NCBI GenBank assembly: GCA_040954595.2 | Contig: CM082576.2 | Coordinates: 18,895,028 to 18,959,027 of the forward strand | Direction: 5' to 3' | DNA from: Balanoglossus misakiensis | Taxonomy: Eukaryota; Animalia; Hemichordata | Length of the DNA: 64,000 nucleotides | Program-made: the position numbers and the translations under genes | In this document: piece after piece, positions 1 through 13,274 of the stretch | Layout of the letters: the number at the start of each line of letters is the position of its first letter | Numbering within the stretch: position 1 is the first letter of the stretch | Notes under the pieces: model-generated | Told to the model about the DNA's origin: nothing | What the model saw: only the letters and a program-made list of their open reading frames with translations | Database searches by the model: none

Positions 1-3000
1 GCAAGCTTGATGATGCATCACGGTAGATAGTGATGCAAACACTTCACTTTGACATGGGCATTAAATGCATATGGGGATTTCAAGTTGATTACAAATCCCT
101 GGGTTAATACGCGTCCAAAAGCACTGTAATTTGACATTGCTAATGCGATGTTGACATTGAATGTAATTCTCCGCATTAGGGCAAATGGAAAAGCAAGCTT
201 AATGATGCAATGGAGTAGACGGTGATGCAAGCTATGCATTTTGACATAGGTATTTAATGCATGTGCATGGGTATTTAATGTTGAATGTAAATTCCCAGGT
301 TAATACATCTCCAAAAGCACTGTAATTTAAAATTGCTAATGTAAGGGTGACATTGAATCTGATTCTTTGCATTATGGGAAATGGCCTAACAAGCCTAATG
401 ATCTATCTGAGTAGATGGTGATGCAAGCTAAGCATTTTGACATAGGTACTAAATGTATATACATGGGTATTTAAAGTTGTCTGTAAATCCCCAGGTTAAT
501 ACATGGCCATAAGCTCTATAATTTGACATTGCTAATGAAATGGTGACACTGAATCTGATTCTTTGCATCAGGGTAAATGGCGATGCAAGCTTGATGATGC
601 ATCCCGGTAGATAGTGATGCAAACACTTCACTGTGACATGGGTATTAAATGCATATGGGGATTAAAAGTTGACTGAAAATCCCTGGGTTAATACAAGTCC
701 AAAAGCACTGAAATTTGACATAGCTAATACAATGGTGACATTGAATGTGATTCTTTGCATTAGGGGAAATGGCGTAGCAAGCCTAATGATGCATCAGTGT
801 AGATGGTGATCCAAGCTATGCTTTTTGACATAGGTATTTAATGCATGTGCATGGGTATTTAATGTTGACTGTAAATCCCTGGGTTAATACAAATCCAAAA
901 GCACTGTAATTTGACATTGCTAATACAACGGTGTCATTTAATCTGATTCTTTGCATCAGGGCAAATTGCGAAGCAAGCTTAATGATGCATCGGAGTATAT
1001 GGTGATGCAAGCTATGCACTTTGACATACGTATTTAATGCATATGCATTGGTATTTAATGTTGACTGTAAATCCCCAGGTTAATACGTGGCCAAAAGCAC
1101 TGTAATTTGACATTGCTAATGCTACCGTGACACTAAATCTGATTCTTTGCATTAGGGTAAATTGTGAAGCAAGCTTGATGATGCATCAGGATAGATGGTG
1201 TTTTAAGCCCCTCACATTGACATTGGAATATAACGCATATGGGGATTTAAAGTTAATTGTAAATACCCAGGTTAATACATGGCCAAAAGCACTGTAATTT
1301 AAAATTGCTAATGCAATGGTGACATTGAATGTGATTCTTTGCATTAGGGGAACTGGCGTAGCAATCCTAATAGTGCATCAGAGTAGATGGTGATGCAAGC
1401 TCTGCACTTTGACATAGGTATTTAATGCATATGCATGTGTATTTAATGTTGACTGTAAATCCTCAGGTGAATACATGGCCATAAACACTATAATTTGACA
1501 TTGCTAATGAAATGGTGACACTGAATCTGATTCTTTGCATCAGGGCATATTGTGAAGCATGCTTGATGATGCATTAGGGTCAATAGTGATGGAAACACTG
1601 CACTATGACATGGGTATTTAATGCATACGCATTGATATTTACAGTTGACTCTAAATCCCGAGGTTTATACATGGCTAAAAGCGCTGTAATTTAAAATTAC
1701 TAATGCAAAGGTTACATTGAATATGGGTAAATGGTGAAGCAAGCTTGAAGATGCATCAGGGTAGCTGGTGTTTCAAGCCCTTCACATTGACATTGGAATA
1801 TAATGCATATGGGGATTTAAAATTGATTGTAAATCCCTAGGTTAATACATGGCCAAAAGCACTGTAATTTAAAATTGCTAATGCAATGGTGACATTGAAT
1901 GTGATTCTTTGCATCAGGGCATATTGTGAAGCATGCTTGATGATGCATTAGGGTCAATAGTGATGGAAACACTGCACTATGACATGGGTATTTAATGCAT
2001 ACGCATTGATATTTACAGTTGACTCTTAATCCCGAGGTTAATACATGGCTAAAAGCACTGTAATTTAAAATTACTAATGCAAAGGTTACATTGAATATGG
2101 GTAAATGGTGAAGCAAGCTTGAAGATGCATCAGGGTAGATGGTGTTTCAAGCCCTTCACATTGACATTGGAATATAATGCATATGGGGATTTAAAATTGA
2201 TTGTAAATCCCTAGGTTAATACGTGGCCAAAAGCAATTTTATTTGACATTGCTAATGCAACGATGACATTGAATCCGATTCTTTGTATCAGGGTAAATGG
2301 CGATGCAAGCTTGATGATGCATCACGGTAGATAGTGATGCAAACACTTCACTTTGACATGGGCATTAAATGCATATGGGGATTTCAAGTTGTTTACAAAT
2401 CCCTGGGTTAATACGCATCCAAAAGCACTGTAATTTGACATTGCTAATGCGATGTTAACATTGAATGTAATTCTCCGCATTAGGGCAAATGGAAAAGCAA
2501 GCTTAATGATGCAATGGAGTAGACGGTGATGCAAGCTATGCATTTTGACATAGGTATTTAATGCATGTGCATGGGTATTTAATGTTGAATGTAAATTCCC
2601 AGGTTAATACATCTCCAAAAGCACTGTAATTTAAAATTGCTAATGTAAGGGTGACATTGAATCTGATTCTTTGCATTATGGGAAATGGCCTAACAAGCCT
2701 AATGATCCATCTGAGTAGATGGTGATGCAAGCTAAGCATTTTGACATAGGTACTAAATGTATATACATGGGTATTTAAAGTTGTCTGTAAATCCCCAGGT
2801 TAATACATGGCCATAAGCTCTATAATTTGACATTGCTAATGAAATGGTGACACTGAATCTGATTCTTTGCATCAGGGCATATTGTGAAGCATGCTTGATG
2901 ATGTATTAGTGTCAACAGTGATGGAAACACTGCACTATGACATGGGTATTTAATGCATATGCATTGATATTTACAGTTGACTCTAAATCCCGAGGTTAGT

Positions 3001-4930
3001 ACATGGCTAAAAGCGCTGTAATTTAAAATTACTAATGCAAAGGTTACATTAAATATGGGTAAATGGTGAAGCAAGCTTGAAGATGCATCAGGGTAGATGG
3101 TGTTTCAAGCCCTTCACATTGACTTGGAATATAATGCATATGGGGATTTAAAATTGATTGTAAATCCCTAGGTTAATACGTGGCCAAAAGCAATTTTATT
3201 TGACATTGCTAATGCAACGATGACATTGAATCCGATTCTTTGCATCAGGGTAAATGGCGATGCAAGCTTGATGATGCATCATGGTAGATAGTGATGCAAA
3301 CACTTCACTTTGACATGGGCATTAAATGCATATGGGGATTTCAAGTTGATTACAAATCCCTGGATTAATACGCGTCCAAAAGCACTGTAATTTGACATTG
3401 CTAATGCGATGTTGACATTGAATGTAATTCTCCGCATTAGGGCAAATGGCAAAGCAAGCTTAATGATGCAATGGAGTAGACGGTGATGCAAGCTATGCAT
3501 TTTGACATAGGTATTTAATGCATGTGCTTGGGTATTTAATGTTGAATGTAAATTCCCAGGTTAATACATCTCCAAAAGCACTGTAATTTAAAATTGCTAA
3601 TGTAAGGGTGACATTGAATCTGATTCTTTGCATTATGGGAAATGGCATAGCAAGCCTAATGATCCATCTGAGTAGATGGTGATGCAAGCTAAGCATTTTG
3701 ATATAGGTACTAAATGTATATACATGGGTATTTAAAGTTGTCTGTAAATCCCCAGGTTAATTCTTGGCAAAAAGCAATTTTATTTTACATTGCTAATGAA
3801 ATGGTGACACTGAATCTGATTCTTTGCATCAGGGTAAATGGCGATGCAAGCTTGATGATGCATCCCGGTAGATAGTGATGCAAACACTTCACTTTGACAT
3901 GGGTATTAAATGCATATGGGGATTAAAAGTTGACTGAAAATCCCTGGGTTAATACAAGTCCAAAAGCACTGAAATTTGACATAGCTAATACAATGGTGAC
4001 ATTGAATGTGATTCTTTGCATTAGGGGAAATGGCGTAGCAAGCCTAATGATGCATCAGTGTAGATGGTGATCCAAGCTCTGCGCTTTGGCATACGTATTT
4101 AATGCATGTGCATGGGTATTTAATGTTGAATGTAAATTCCCAGGTTAATACATCTCCAAAAGCACTGTAATTTAAAATTGCTAATGTAAGGGTGACATTG
4201 AATCTGATTCTTTGCATTATGGGAAATGGCATAGCAAGCCTAATGATCCATCTGAGTAGATGGTGATGCAAGCTAAGCATTTTGATATAGGTACTAAATG
4301 TATATACATGGGTATTTAAAGTTGTCTGTAAATCCCCAGGTTAATTCTTGGCAAAAAGCAATTTTATTTTACATTGCTAATGAAATGGTGACACTGAATC
4401 TGATTCTTTGCATCAGGGTAAATGGCGATGCAAGCTTGATGATGCATCCCGGTAGATAGTGATGCAAACACTTCACTTTGACATGGGTATTAAATGCATA
4501 TGGGGATTAAAAGTTGACTGAAAATCCCTGGGTTAATACAAGTCCAAAAGCACTGAAATTTGACATAGCTAATACAATGGTGACATTGAATGTGATTCTT
4601 TGCATTAGGGGAAATGGCGTAGCAAGCCTAATGATGCATCAGTGTAGATGGTGATCCAAGCTCTGCGCTTTGGCATACGTATTTAATGCATGTGCATGGG
4701 TATTTAATGTTGAATGTAAATTCCCAGGTTAATATATGCATGGGTATTTAATGTTGACTGTAAATCCCTAGGTTAATACATGGCCATAAGTACTGTAAGG
4801 GGTAGATGGTGATGCAAGCTCTGCACTTTGACATGGGGATTAAATGCATGCTGAGGGGGATTTTAAGTTGTCTGTAAATCCCCAGGTTGATATGTGGCCA
4901 AAAGCACTGTAATTTGACATTGCTAATGAT
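1..4930. repeat. Tandem satellite, 192/196-bp monomer, with higher-order repeats; begins before the window
   Basis: The motif GCAAGC(T/C)T(G/A)ATG recurs at 1, 193, 389, 585, 777, 973 and 1169 (spacing 192-196). Near-identical ORF translations recur at offsets of 957 and 584 bp. Confidence 0.95.
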
Positions 4931-5350
4931 GGTGAGCTGTACTCCCCAGGGAGTTGAATGGAATGTTTAGGTCCAACGACCTAGGTCAAATGACCATGGG
5001 ACAACTTTAAAGCATGTTGAGATTTAATGTGCTACATAAGTTATAAATATTATATTAATATTATTACATAAACAACACTCTTACCTAGCTAAGGAAGTGG
5101 TCAGGTGAAAAATATTTGCAGAGCTGACCAATTATTTAAGGAATATTAAAGTTGGGTAATTTGGACGTATTCATACGGGTGTTGGTCAATGGAAAGTCCT
5201 TTGTTCATTTTCAAAATGGCAACCAAAAATGCGAACAAAACACACTGAATTATGTACGGGATATTGGTGTTGCCTAATTTGCGTGTTTCCACATTTACTT
5301 AAACTCTCACAGGGAGACAAATGTCACAGCAAACGGAAAAATGACTATGC
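4830..5350 (+). repeat. Duplicated block (satellite end + SINE tail + flank), copy 1; copy 2 at ~8927-9456
   Basis: The run ACATGGGGATTAAATGCA...CTCCCCAGGGAGTTGAATGG...GCAAACGGAAAAATGA is colinear and highly similar at both places. Confidence 0.85.
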
Positions 5351-7199
5351 TACACACAACACTTTTATTGATCATGGAAAATGTTCATGAGAATTGTGTT
5401 ATGGTACTTTTCGGGGCTCACGACCTGTGTTATAGGAAATCTGACAAGGAATCCAAACTGTACCACATACACAACACTTTAATTAAGCATGGGAAATGGT
5501 CCTGAGAACAATATTCTCAGAGTTGACAAACTGTGTTATCTGCGTTATATTGATGTTGTCTAATTTACACGCCTGTACATTTATTTATACTCTGACTTTG
5601 AGCTTAATAAGGCAGCGCCTGCTAAGGTCAATTTGCCACGTACACTTTTAATTAGCATAGATAATGATCATGATAACTTCATTTTCAGAGCTGACAAACT
5701 GTGTTATGTGAAATTCATGTTGCCTATTTCATGATAATGGCTTGTGGTACACAATGGTTAACAGCAATCAGCAATTGCTTGTATGATAGGTATAATGATC
5801 GATTTACAAATTTCAATGGTATAATAATGGGCAACACATGTGGAAGTGTTTAATAAACAGTTAACTGATGTGGTGATGGTTTGTGGTAAAATTGAGGGTA
5901 CACAGATTATAATGGGCAAAACAATGAATATAATAGAGGTTGATGATGGTGAATGGTTTCATATGAATGGTGTAATAAAGGTTAACAAATGTGGTGATAG
6001 CTTTGGTGTACAGGGCTGTTCATATCTTTAGTAATGACAAAGGTATAATAGTGATAAAAGCTTAAATAAGTGTTAGGGCACAATCTTCATGATGGTTCAT
6101 TCATTGGTTAATGTGTATATTTTATTAATATCATGCTATTGTTTATCAGTTAGATCATAATCAGGGTTTTTCCATGCACATAGTCATCATGAATCAGCGG
6201 AATTCTTCTGAATAGTACCTGTGATCATTTTTGCGCACCGACGCATTGTACGCGACAGACATGCAGAAAATATTAACATGTAACTCACAGGCATAGTGTT
6301 AAATCTAAACGACTATATGTTAGATAAGCTTTACCTCCCCACCCCATCAAAATTCCAAATTTAGCTTGATGTGACGTTTTCGGGTAGTACCAATTCGGAA
6401 ACTTTCATGGTTCATTCATTGAACCAAATATTGGATTTGACACACTGTGTCTTGGGTGGGTAAAGCATGGTGAAATGTTGGCAGTAAACTTTAACCAGAC
6501 AGGTCACATGAAAGGAAGATTTTATCATTTGAGTTCGATGGCATACATGATAAGATATGTCAGTTCTGACACCTTTTTTGCAGATGTAGATGCTGATGTA
6601 TTTTTTCCATTGGACACAATACTCAAAGTCCAGTCTGTGTTTAAAATGATACCCTGGTCACACACAGTGAGAAATGTCAGCCTTTGACTTAATTATCTAA
6701 TTTATGCATTGTTAACAATGCACTGTGACATTTACTGCATGTATTTTTCCCCCTGTGGAAACTTACTATGCTTTGAATACATGTTCCCTAATGGGGTGTT
6801 AAAGGATACAGTAGGATCTGTTTCGGTAGCAAATATGACACTGTTTTCAACATATTTGACTGGTGGCAATATGTGGTTTTACGTTGGTATCCATCATGTA
6901 ACTCAGATCACCTATATGAAGCTCCATAGTAAATTTCACAGAAGTCGGCTGATCAATTCCAGAAAAGTAGATTTTTTACCAAAAATGTGGAAAAAGACAA
7001 AAAAATGCATAACAAGTAGAAAATTCACACTATTAGCTTAAAACATACAGAAATGTGTGAGGCTAATATAAGGTACTATCATACCATTTTTTCAAATCAA
7101 TATGACCAGGACTTGTCGAGTTTCTGAGTTTTGACCAAATTAAGGTTTTCCCAGCTAATTTGTATATATTTTTGGCAATGACAACTTCGTTTGAATAAA

Positions 7200-7385
7200 C
7201 TCCCATCTACAGCCTAGCATGCATCTACACACCAAATATTGAGGTTATTGGCGCAACGGTTTTCAAGTTTTTGATGTGTACGGACATACATCCATCTATC
7301 CGTCCATATGTCCATACATACATACAGACGCAACCAAATCCATAAGGTCCCACTGTATATACCTATACAAATGGGACCAAATAAA
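7200..7385. mobile_element. Possible terminus of a non-autonomous Helentron/HINE-like element
   Basis: A degenerate (CATA/CATC)n microsatellite at ~7280-7330, then a hairpin GGTCCCA...TGTAT...ATACA...TGGGACC and an A-rich tail. The other end was not located. Confidence 0.45.
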
Positions 7386-8159
7386 ACACACAAAAAATAA
7401 CACTTAACATCTTACAGTGCAGGGCCTTGCTAGTTGATGTGGTACAATTCTATCATATCACTTCACAGCTGGTAGCCAAGGGCAGTGTTTGCACAGAGGA
7501 GCCTCCTGAATGTCTTCGCTCGTTCACACCTCTTCAGTGATAATGTCTGGATTACATTGACATGAAACTGTTTGTTCAGTAGTGTTTCAACTGCCAGCTA
7601 CCTGGGTTCATTTTACACCCAAACACTGAAAATATTGCAGCAGTCAATAATATAACCTACACACTGTGTGAAATTCACCATGTTCTAAAGTAATGTTGAT
7701 GTCTAATGTGCATTGTGACTTACAGGGCATGCACGGCTAAAGCTTGTCGAAAGTTGACAAAGCAAAAGACCAGACCAGTTGCCTGTTTTAAAATGTGCTT
7801 CATTCCAAGGACCTTGGCGATGAGTCATGAATTGGGAAACGTTCATGAGACCCATTTTTTTTCACTGGACCAGCACATTTAATGATATGACCATGAAATT
7901 GAACTGTTCCCAGGAGCTACTGAGAGTTGCCTTGTTTCACCCCCAAGTTACTACCTGGGGTTTTTACAATGACGACAGTAGTTCCAAAAAAAAACGTTGT
8001 ACTTTTATGAATAATCGATTAGGGTAGATTTATTCATGGTAGTAAAACTTTTTGGCCTGCAGTTGCCAAACAAAGACAATTACAAGTAAGGGACTGGACG
8101 TAAACTACCAGGGGGAGCGCAGGGGAATTGACGAAAGCGATGGCCTCAAATTAATGTCA

Positions 8160-8510
8160 TAGTCCAGTGGTTAGAGCATCAGACCCATAATCAAAGAATC
8201 AAGAGTTTGATCCCTGGCATGGTTGTGGTGTTGTGTCCTCTGGCAAGGCAATTTACATCTCCTTGCCTCTCCCTGCCTATAAGAAAAGGGTAATTTGGTG
8301 GATCGGATATTGTAATGTGTATGTATAGGTCTGCTTTGCTGATATAAAAGCTGCACATGTGAGCTGTTGTTTGCTCCCCATGGAGTGGAATGGAATATTT
8401 TAGGTCCAACGACCTAGGTCAAATTACCATGGGAAACACTTCAAAGCAGCACATTGAGATTTATTGCATAATGTGCTATATAAGTAATAAATATTATATT
8501 GATATTATTA
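8160..8510 (+). mobile_element. tRNA-derived SINE with CORE-like central block
   Basis: Box A-like GTCCAGTGGTTAGAGC (8162), box B-like GAGTTTGATCCC (~8203), CORE-like GTGTTGTGTCCTCTGGCAAGGCAATTTAC, and a 3' GTGCTATATAAG followed by a (TAT)n tail. The tail alone also occurs at ~4935 and ~9030. Confidence 0.7.
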
Positions 8511-8583
8511 CATAAACAACACTCTTACTTAGCAAAGGAAGTGGTCAGGTGAACTATATTCGCAGAGCTGACCAATTGTTTAA

Positions 8584-8926
8584 AGGGGCAAAGTCTCTCA
8601 TCGCTGCCTTTTTTCAATTAATTATGTATGATACAAGACGCCATTGATGTTATTCTACATGTGGATATATGGTGAATCAACATTCGACCACACACAACTT
8701 CCGTCTCGTTTGTACGATATGAGAGTAAAAACTCGCCCAAAATGAATAAATGGTAAAGAACGATTATTCATTTTGGCGAGTTTTTCACTCTCCTGTCTAT
8801 AAGAGGGATGGAAGTTGTGTGTGGTTGAACGTTCATTCGCTATATATCCACATGTAGAATAACAAACGGTGTCTCTTATCAAATATAATATGGGAAAAAG
8901 GGCAGCGAGAGAGAGACTTTGTCCCT
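8584..8926. mobile_element. Kolobok-type TTAA MITE, copy 1
   Basis: TTAA|AGGGGCAAAGTCTCTC...GAGAGACTTTGTCCCT terminal inverted repeats; the right TTAA is missing. A second copy lies at 42784-43131. Confidence 0.8.
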
Positions 8927-9456
8927 CACATGGGGATTAAATGCACATGCGTGTGTATTTAAAGTTAACTGTAAATCCCCAGGTTAATACGTGGCCAAAA
9001 GCACTGTAATTTGGCATTTCTAATGATGGTGAGATGTTGTTTGCTCCCCAGGGAGTTGAATGGAATATTTAGGTCCAACATCCTAGGTCAAATGACCATG
9101 GGACAACTTAAAGCACGTTGAGATTTAATGTGCTACATAAGTTATAAATATTATAAAAATATTATTACATAAACAACACTCTTCCTTAGCAAAGGAAGTG
9201 GTCAGGTGAAATATATTCGCAGAGCTGACCAATTCTTTAAGGAAAATTAAAGTTGGGTAATTTGGATGTATTCATACGAGTGTTGGTCAATGATAGGAAA
9301 GTCCTTTGTTCATTTTCAAAATGAAAACCAAAAATGCGAACAAAACACACTGAATTACGTATGGGATATTGATGTTGCCTAATTTGCGTGACTCTACATT
9401 TACTTAAACTCTCACAGGGAGACAAATGTCACAGCAAACGGAAAAATGATTATGCT
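8927..9456 (+). repeat. Duplicated block, copy 2 (isolated satellite fragment + SINE tail + flank)
   Basis: Matches 4830-5350. Confidence 0.85.
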
Positions 9457-9459
9457 AAG

Positions 9460-11425
9460 CAATACGCCAACCTTTAAAATATACTTTAGAAAGTTTGTAT
9501 TCATACTTTCTTCAAGTTGTCATAACGCTACCCCGAAATGTGTTTAAGTATTGCCTTTGTATTAATGGGCTAGATTCATGGCGTTATATGTCATAAATTA
9601 AAAAGCCAACCCTTATTGATTTTGATAATATTTATGTCGGAGAATCCACAATGAAAAATATGTATTTCAATTTAATAACTCAAAATGATTTTCAAATCCA
9701 TGACCTTATTTTCAACTCCAGTGATCGTACATCCTGAACCTTGTGCCAGTAAATGATTGGCCATTACAGGGTTAATGGGCACTCTCCCGTTCTCTTCCTC
9801 CGCAGTTTCATTCATGTTCTTGTTTGACGGAAATGGGTGTGACCAGACGCTTGAATGTTTTCATGTGGGTGTCGTTGTTCATCGGGATCGGTCTCCTGGT
9901 GTGTCTGTACAGGTACGCAAGGAGAAACTGCCCACAAGAAGCTGCGAGTGAAACTATTTAAGGTAGTATGTGCCTCGCGGTCCGAGATTCAGACAAATGA
10001 TAGTCCTCAAAACTTTTTCAAGTCTTTGATTTACTAAAGTGTATGGTGAGTCTCTTTGAAAACAACAAAAACATTACTCACCATATTGTTATTTTTTTGA
10101 AAGTTTAAAATGAAGTTGACAATGTACCAAACAGATTCTATTTATTTCTTCATGACCATGTTCACCCCAAGGTCATATGGACCTGCAAGTATATGCCAGA
10201 GCCAGAGTCGACATTACCGAAGCCAGAGTTCAAAGCTTGCAGGTCACCCCTTGCCAGCTCATGTCTAGCTAAACTGCCATGGATGCCAAGAGATATAGGA
10301 CTACAGTAACCTGTAGATGGTTTCAGTATGTTTGAAGAAAGTGGTGGCGCACTTTTGGCTACATTTGAAATGGCTATGGTACCAGTGGTTGAATTTGCAA
10401 AGGTGACCTTTGACCTGGTATCATTAAAGATATTAAAGAACGATTGAACATTCCTTGTTGTCGTAAAATGACATCTGTAATAACTTATATTTTATCTGTT
10501 CATCTTGAAGTACTATATATTTAAACGCCAATTTTCCATTGCCAATCAATTTTTACAAATAAATTGTAATATGCATGTTGATTTTACAAAAACTCCTTAC
10601 TTCAAAGTGAATTCTGTTACACATCACGTAAATATTTTCCCCACGAATTCTTCAGTTGCTGACTCGGAAATTTCATATATTGGGCAGAAATTGGATATAT
10701 TACCGAGCCATTAAAATTACAGTTTTCTATTTTAATTGATCTTCCATAACTTCAAGTACTTTGATTTGACATAAATTAAAACATCATGGTGAATAAATAA
10801 AAAATCTTTGATTATCTAATTGTGCATGTTTACATGGTTTTATTTTAGTATGCTGGGTACTTAATGTCTAATTGCTCGCTGATTTTATACTGTTCAAGAT
10901 GACAATCTAATTTTAGTTTTCAGCTGATAATGGAAATTACTGATTAAAAAAATTGAATTTTGTCATGAATAAACTTGTTGTTCATGGCAGTTGCTGTACT
11001 TTGTTTCATGTGTATTCAATTTTTGCAAGAATACCATTGAGCACAGTTTGATTTGATTAAACACGTTTATCGGAAAATTTTGTCATTTGAAATATCTGTT
11101 TTTGCGCCCTCTACCATTTGACCAAATGATTCTCTTATTTTGGTGGCCTTTGTCTGTGTATATGAGAATACTATAGTACTCTCGCATCGATGATAGTAGA
11201 AGTTGAAAACGTCTCTTGCCACGTGGCCTAGAAGAAAGGTGATCTTTAGAGTAAAATAAAACAAACTATCCAGATAGGAAGCTAGAAAAGAAGTTGAATC
11301 GTTGAAATTTTATTTATTTTTATATTGTTAATATCGTTGGTGATGTTGACTGGCCGACAATCTTTGTCACACCAGTATTTGCAGGTAGATTAAAACATTG
11401 CCTATTCCAGCAATAATCACAACAG
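9460..11425 (+). repeat. ~2-kb dispersed repeat, copy 1 (unclassified)
   Basis: Colinear, high identity with 30649-32616 from CAATACGCCAACCTTTAAAAT to CCAGCAATAATCACAACAG. Confidence 0.9.
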
Positions 11426-11639
11426 TCTTACTTTTTCTATCTTTGTAAGCGTTAATCTTTATTGACCTCGCTTGTTGTTTTGTGTTTTTGTGTTGGTTTT
11501 GTTTTTGTTTTGTTTTTTTAGTAGTTTCATAATTTTATTTGTATTTTTAAAATGTTTTCCTGTTTTTTGTTTACTTTTTTATTTTTTTTACTATTTGTTG
11601 ATTGTAATGCTGTATGGGTCTCGACTGTCGGTCCCAACT

Positions 11640-12936
11640 TGTCATATAATTAGGTAGTACTGGAGTCAGTGGAAACCCAGGTGCCCGCATAATTTCAGGT
11701 GTAGTGACACTGTGTATTGTCATGTTAATGAATAGGGCTTCGTTAGCTAAGTTTCGTGTAGTAAGAGAGCACACTTCAATTTAGGTCTTGAAGGGAGCAA
11801 CAAGTCGGGTCTCCCTGCTCAGTGAGTAGAAATACTAGGGGAAATATTGCACCATACCTTGCTGTGTCCATGTAATGCTGTAGCGCGCATTAGTGCTCTC
11901 AGGACCACTGTTTCTGCAATTCGAGTGGAAGTAAATTCAGTACTTCTAGAAAGCAGAATTATGCTTATTCAGTGCAAACCGGTGTGGTCGGGCGATTGGC
12001 GTGGCTGGCATGGTCGTATGTGGTGTGGCTGGAAATTGCTCCAAGCAGAGTTCTGTGGAACCATCCTATAGACCCGGTATTGCTGAGCATGAAGTGTGGT
12101 GAAGAATTCTCGTGTAAGTAATGTATTTGTTTATTTATTTACTATAACTTAAATTTATATTTTATGGATATTTATGTCAAATTCGACAATTTGTAAGTAA
12201 TAGGACGGTCATAGTTAAAGCATAATTTTCCATGATATCACATGTAATCATGACGCTTTAACTAGTCCAAATTTCTGATAATTATTATTGAGAAACGTCA
12301 GTATTCATTTGTGAACAGTTGCTAAGGTGGACATTTCAGTCAATGTTTGTTGATTTTTCATTCAGCCATTTAACCCAAGACTTGCATCTAACAAGTCAGT
12401 CTTCAGTGTGTTTACTTGACTACTGGAGGACTACAAGTGGTAGAAAACATGGTGTATCACAGATTGTATGTGTAATGTGGATCGTCGCTACATCGTTCAT
12501 CTATACAGGACTCCATCCCATATTGTGGTTGAATCATGATTGTTTACTATGAATGTTATATACAGCTAAGTGACACTTACCATTGTTTAGACAATATGCA
12601 ATAGACAATAAACTATAGTGATATTGTGAATATATTCATTTATGTAATATATTAAGTAACCCATTGTATTGTATGACCAATTGTATCAGCATACCTGTAC
12701 CTGCTAAATTGGTTAGGACAGAGACATTTGATATTGTGCATATTGTGCACAAAAATTATATTCCTAGTATTATCTTTATATTATTTAATTGATTTAAATT
12801 AAATCAACTGTATTATTGTATCCGCACTGGTTTGTGTAGTTTCTCCCCATACCTTATCCACGGATGTTTACTCCTTGGCACTGAGAGCTGCTCAATATTT
12901 ATCCTGAAATCAGAGGGGTGCCCTCCACCTCTGACA
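11640..12936 (+). repeat. 5' LTR of the Gypsy element (~1.3 kb)
   Basis: Starts TGTCA and ends TGACA (inverted termini), immediately followed by a PBS. Left of 11640 the sequence matches 32927-32950, which marks the insertion point. No 3' LTR is present to confirm it. Confidence 0.75.
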
Positions 12937-12938
12937 TT

Positions 12939-12955
12939 TGGGGGCTCGTCCGGGA
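12939..12955 (+). promoter_or_regulatory. Primer binding site complementary to the tRNA-Pro 3' end
   Basis: TGGGGGCTCGTCCGGGA lies 2 nt after the LTR end and is the canonical tRNA-Pro PBS. Confidence 0.9.
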
Positions 12956-13274
12956 GTTTTATCGTTTTGTTGTGCATTTGTTTGTATACTATCATAAATT
13001 GTTGCCATATAGTGGAGACCATGGTTTTGATAGGTAGAGATTCTGCAAATTGTGAAGACGGTGCTGGGTCTGTAGGCTGGTACTGTTACTGTATGTGCGC
13101 TTGTGGTTTCCTGCTATATAATATGGGCCGTGTTGGTTTGCGTCGTGCGTTTGGCTGTGTTGACTTGTGCTGAATGCCCTGTACTGCTAGGGGTTGTCAA
13201 ACTGGGGGTTGTAAATCGCGATACAGCAAAGCATATATGCAGAAAGAATATCTAAGATAGGGAGAAAATTTGGG

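Noticed and set aside
1-4930. Repeated 60-99 aa minus-strand ORFs, or a CRISPR-like array
   Set aside because: Whole monomers repeat without unique spacers, there are no cas genes, and the context is eukaryotic; the ORFs are satellite translations.
8160-8220. tRNA gene
   Set aside because: Only degenerate A and B boxes continuing into a SINE body; no convincing cloverleaf.
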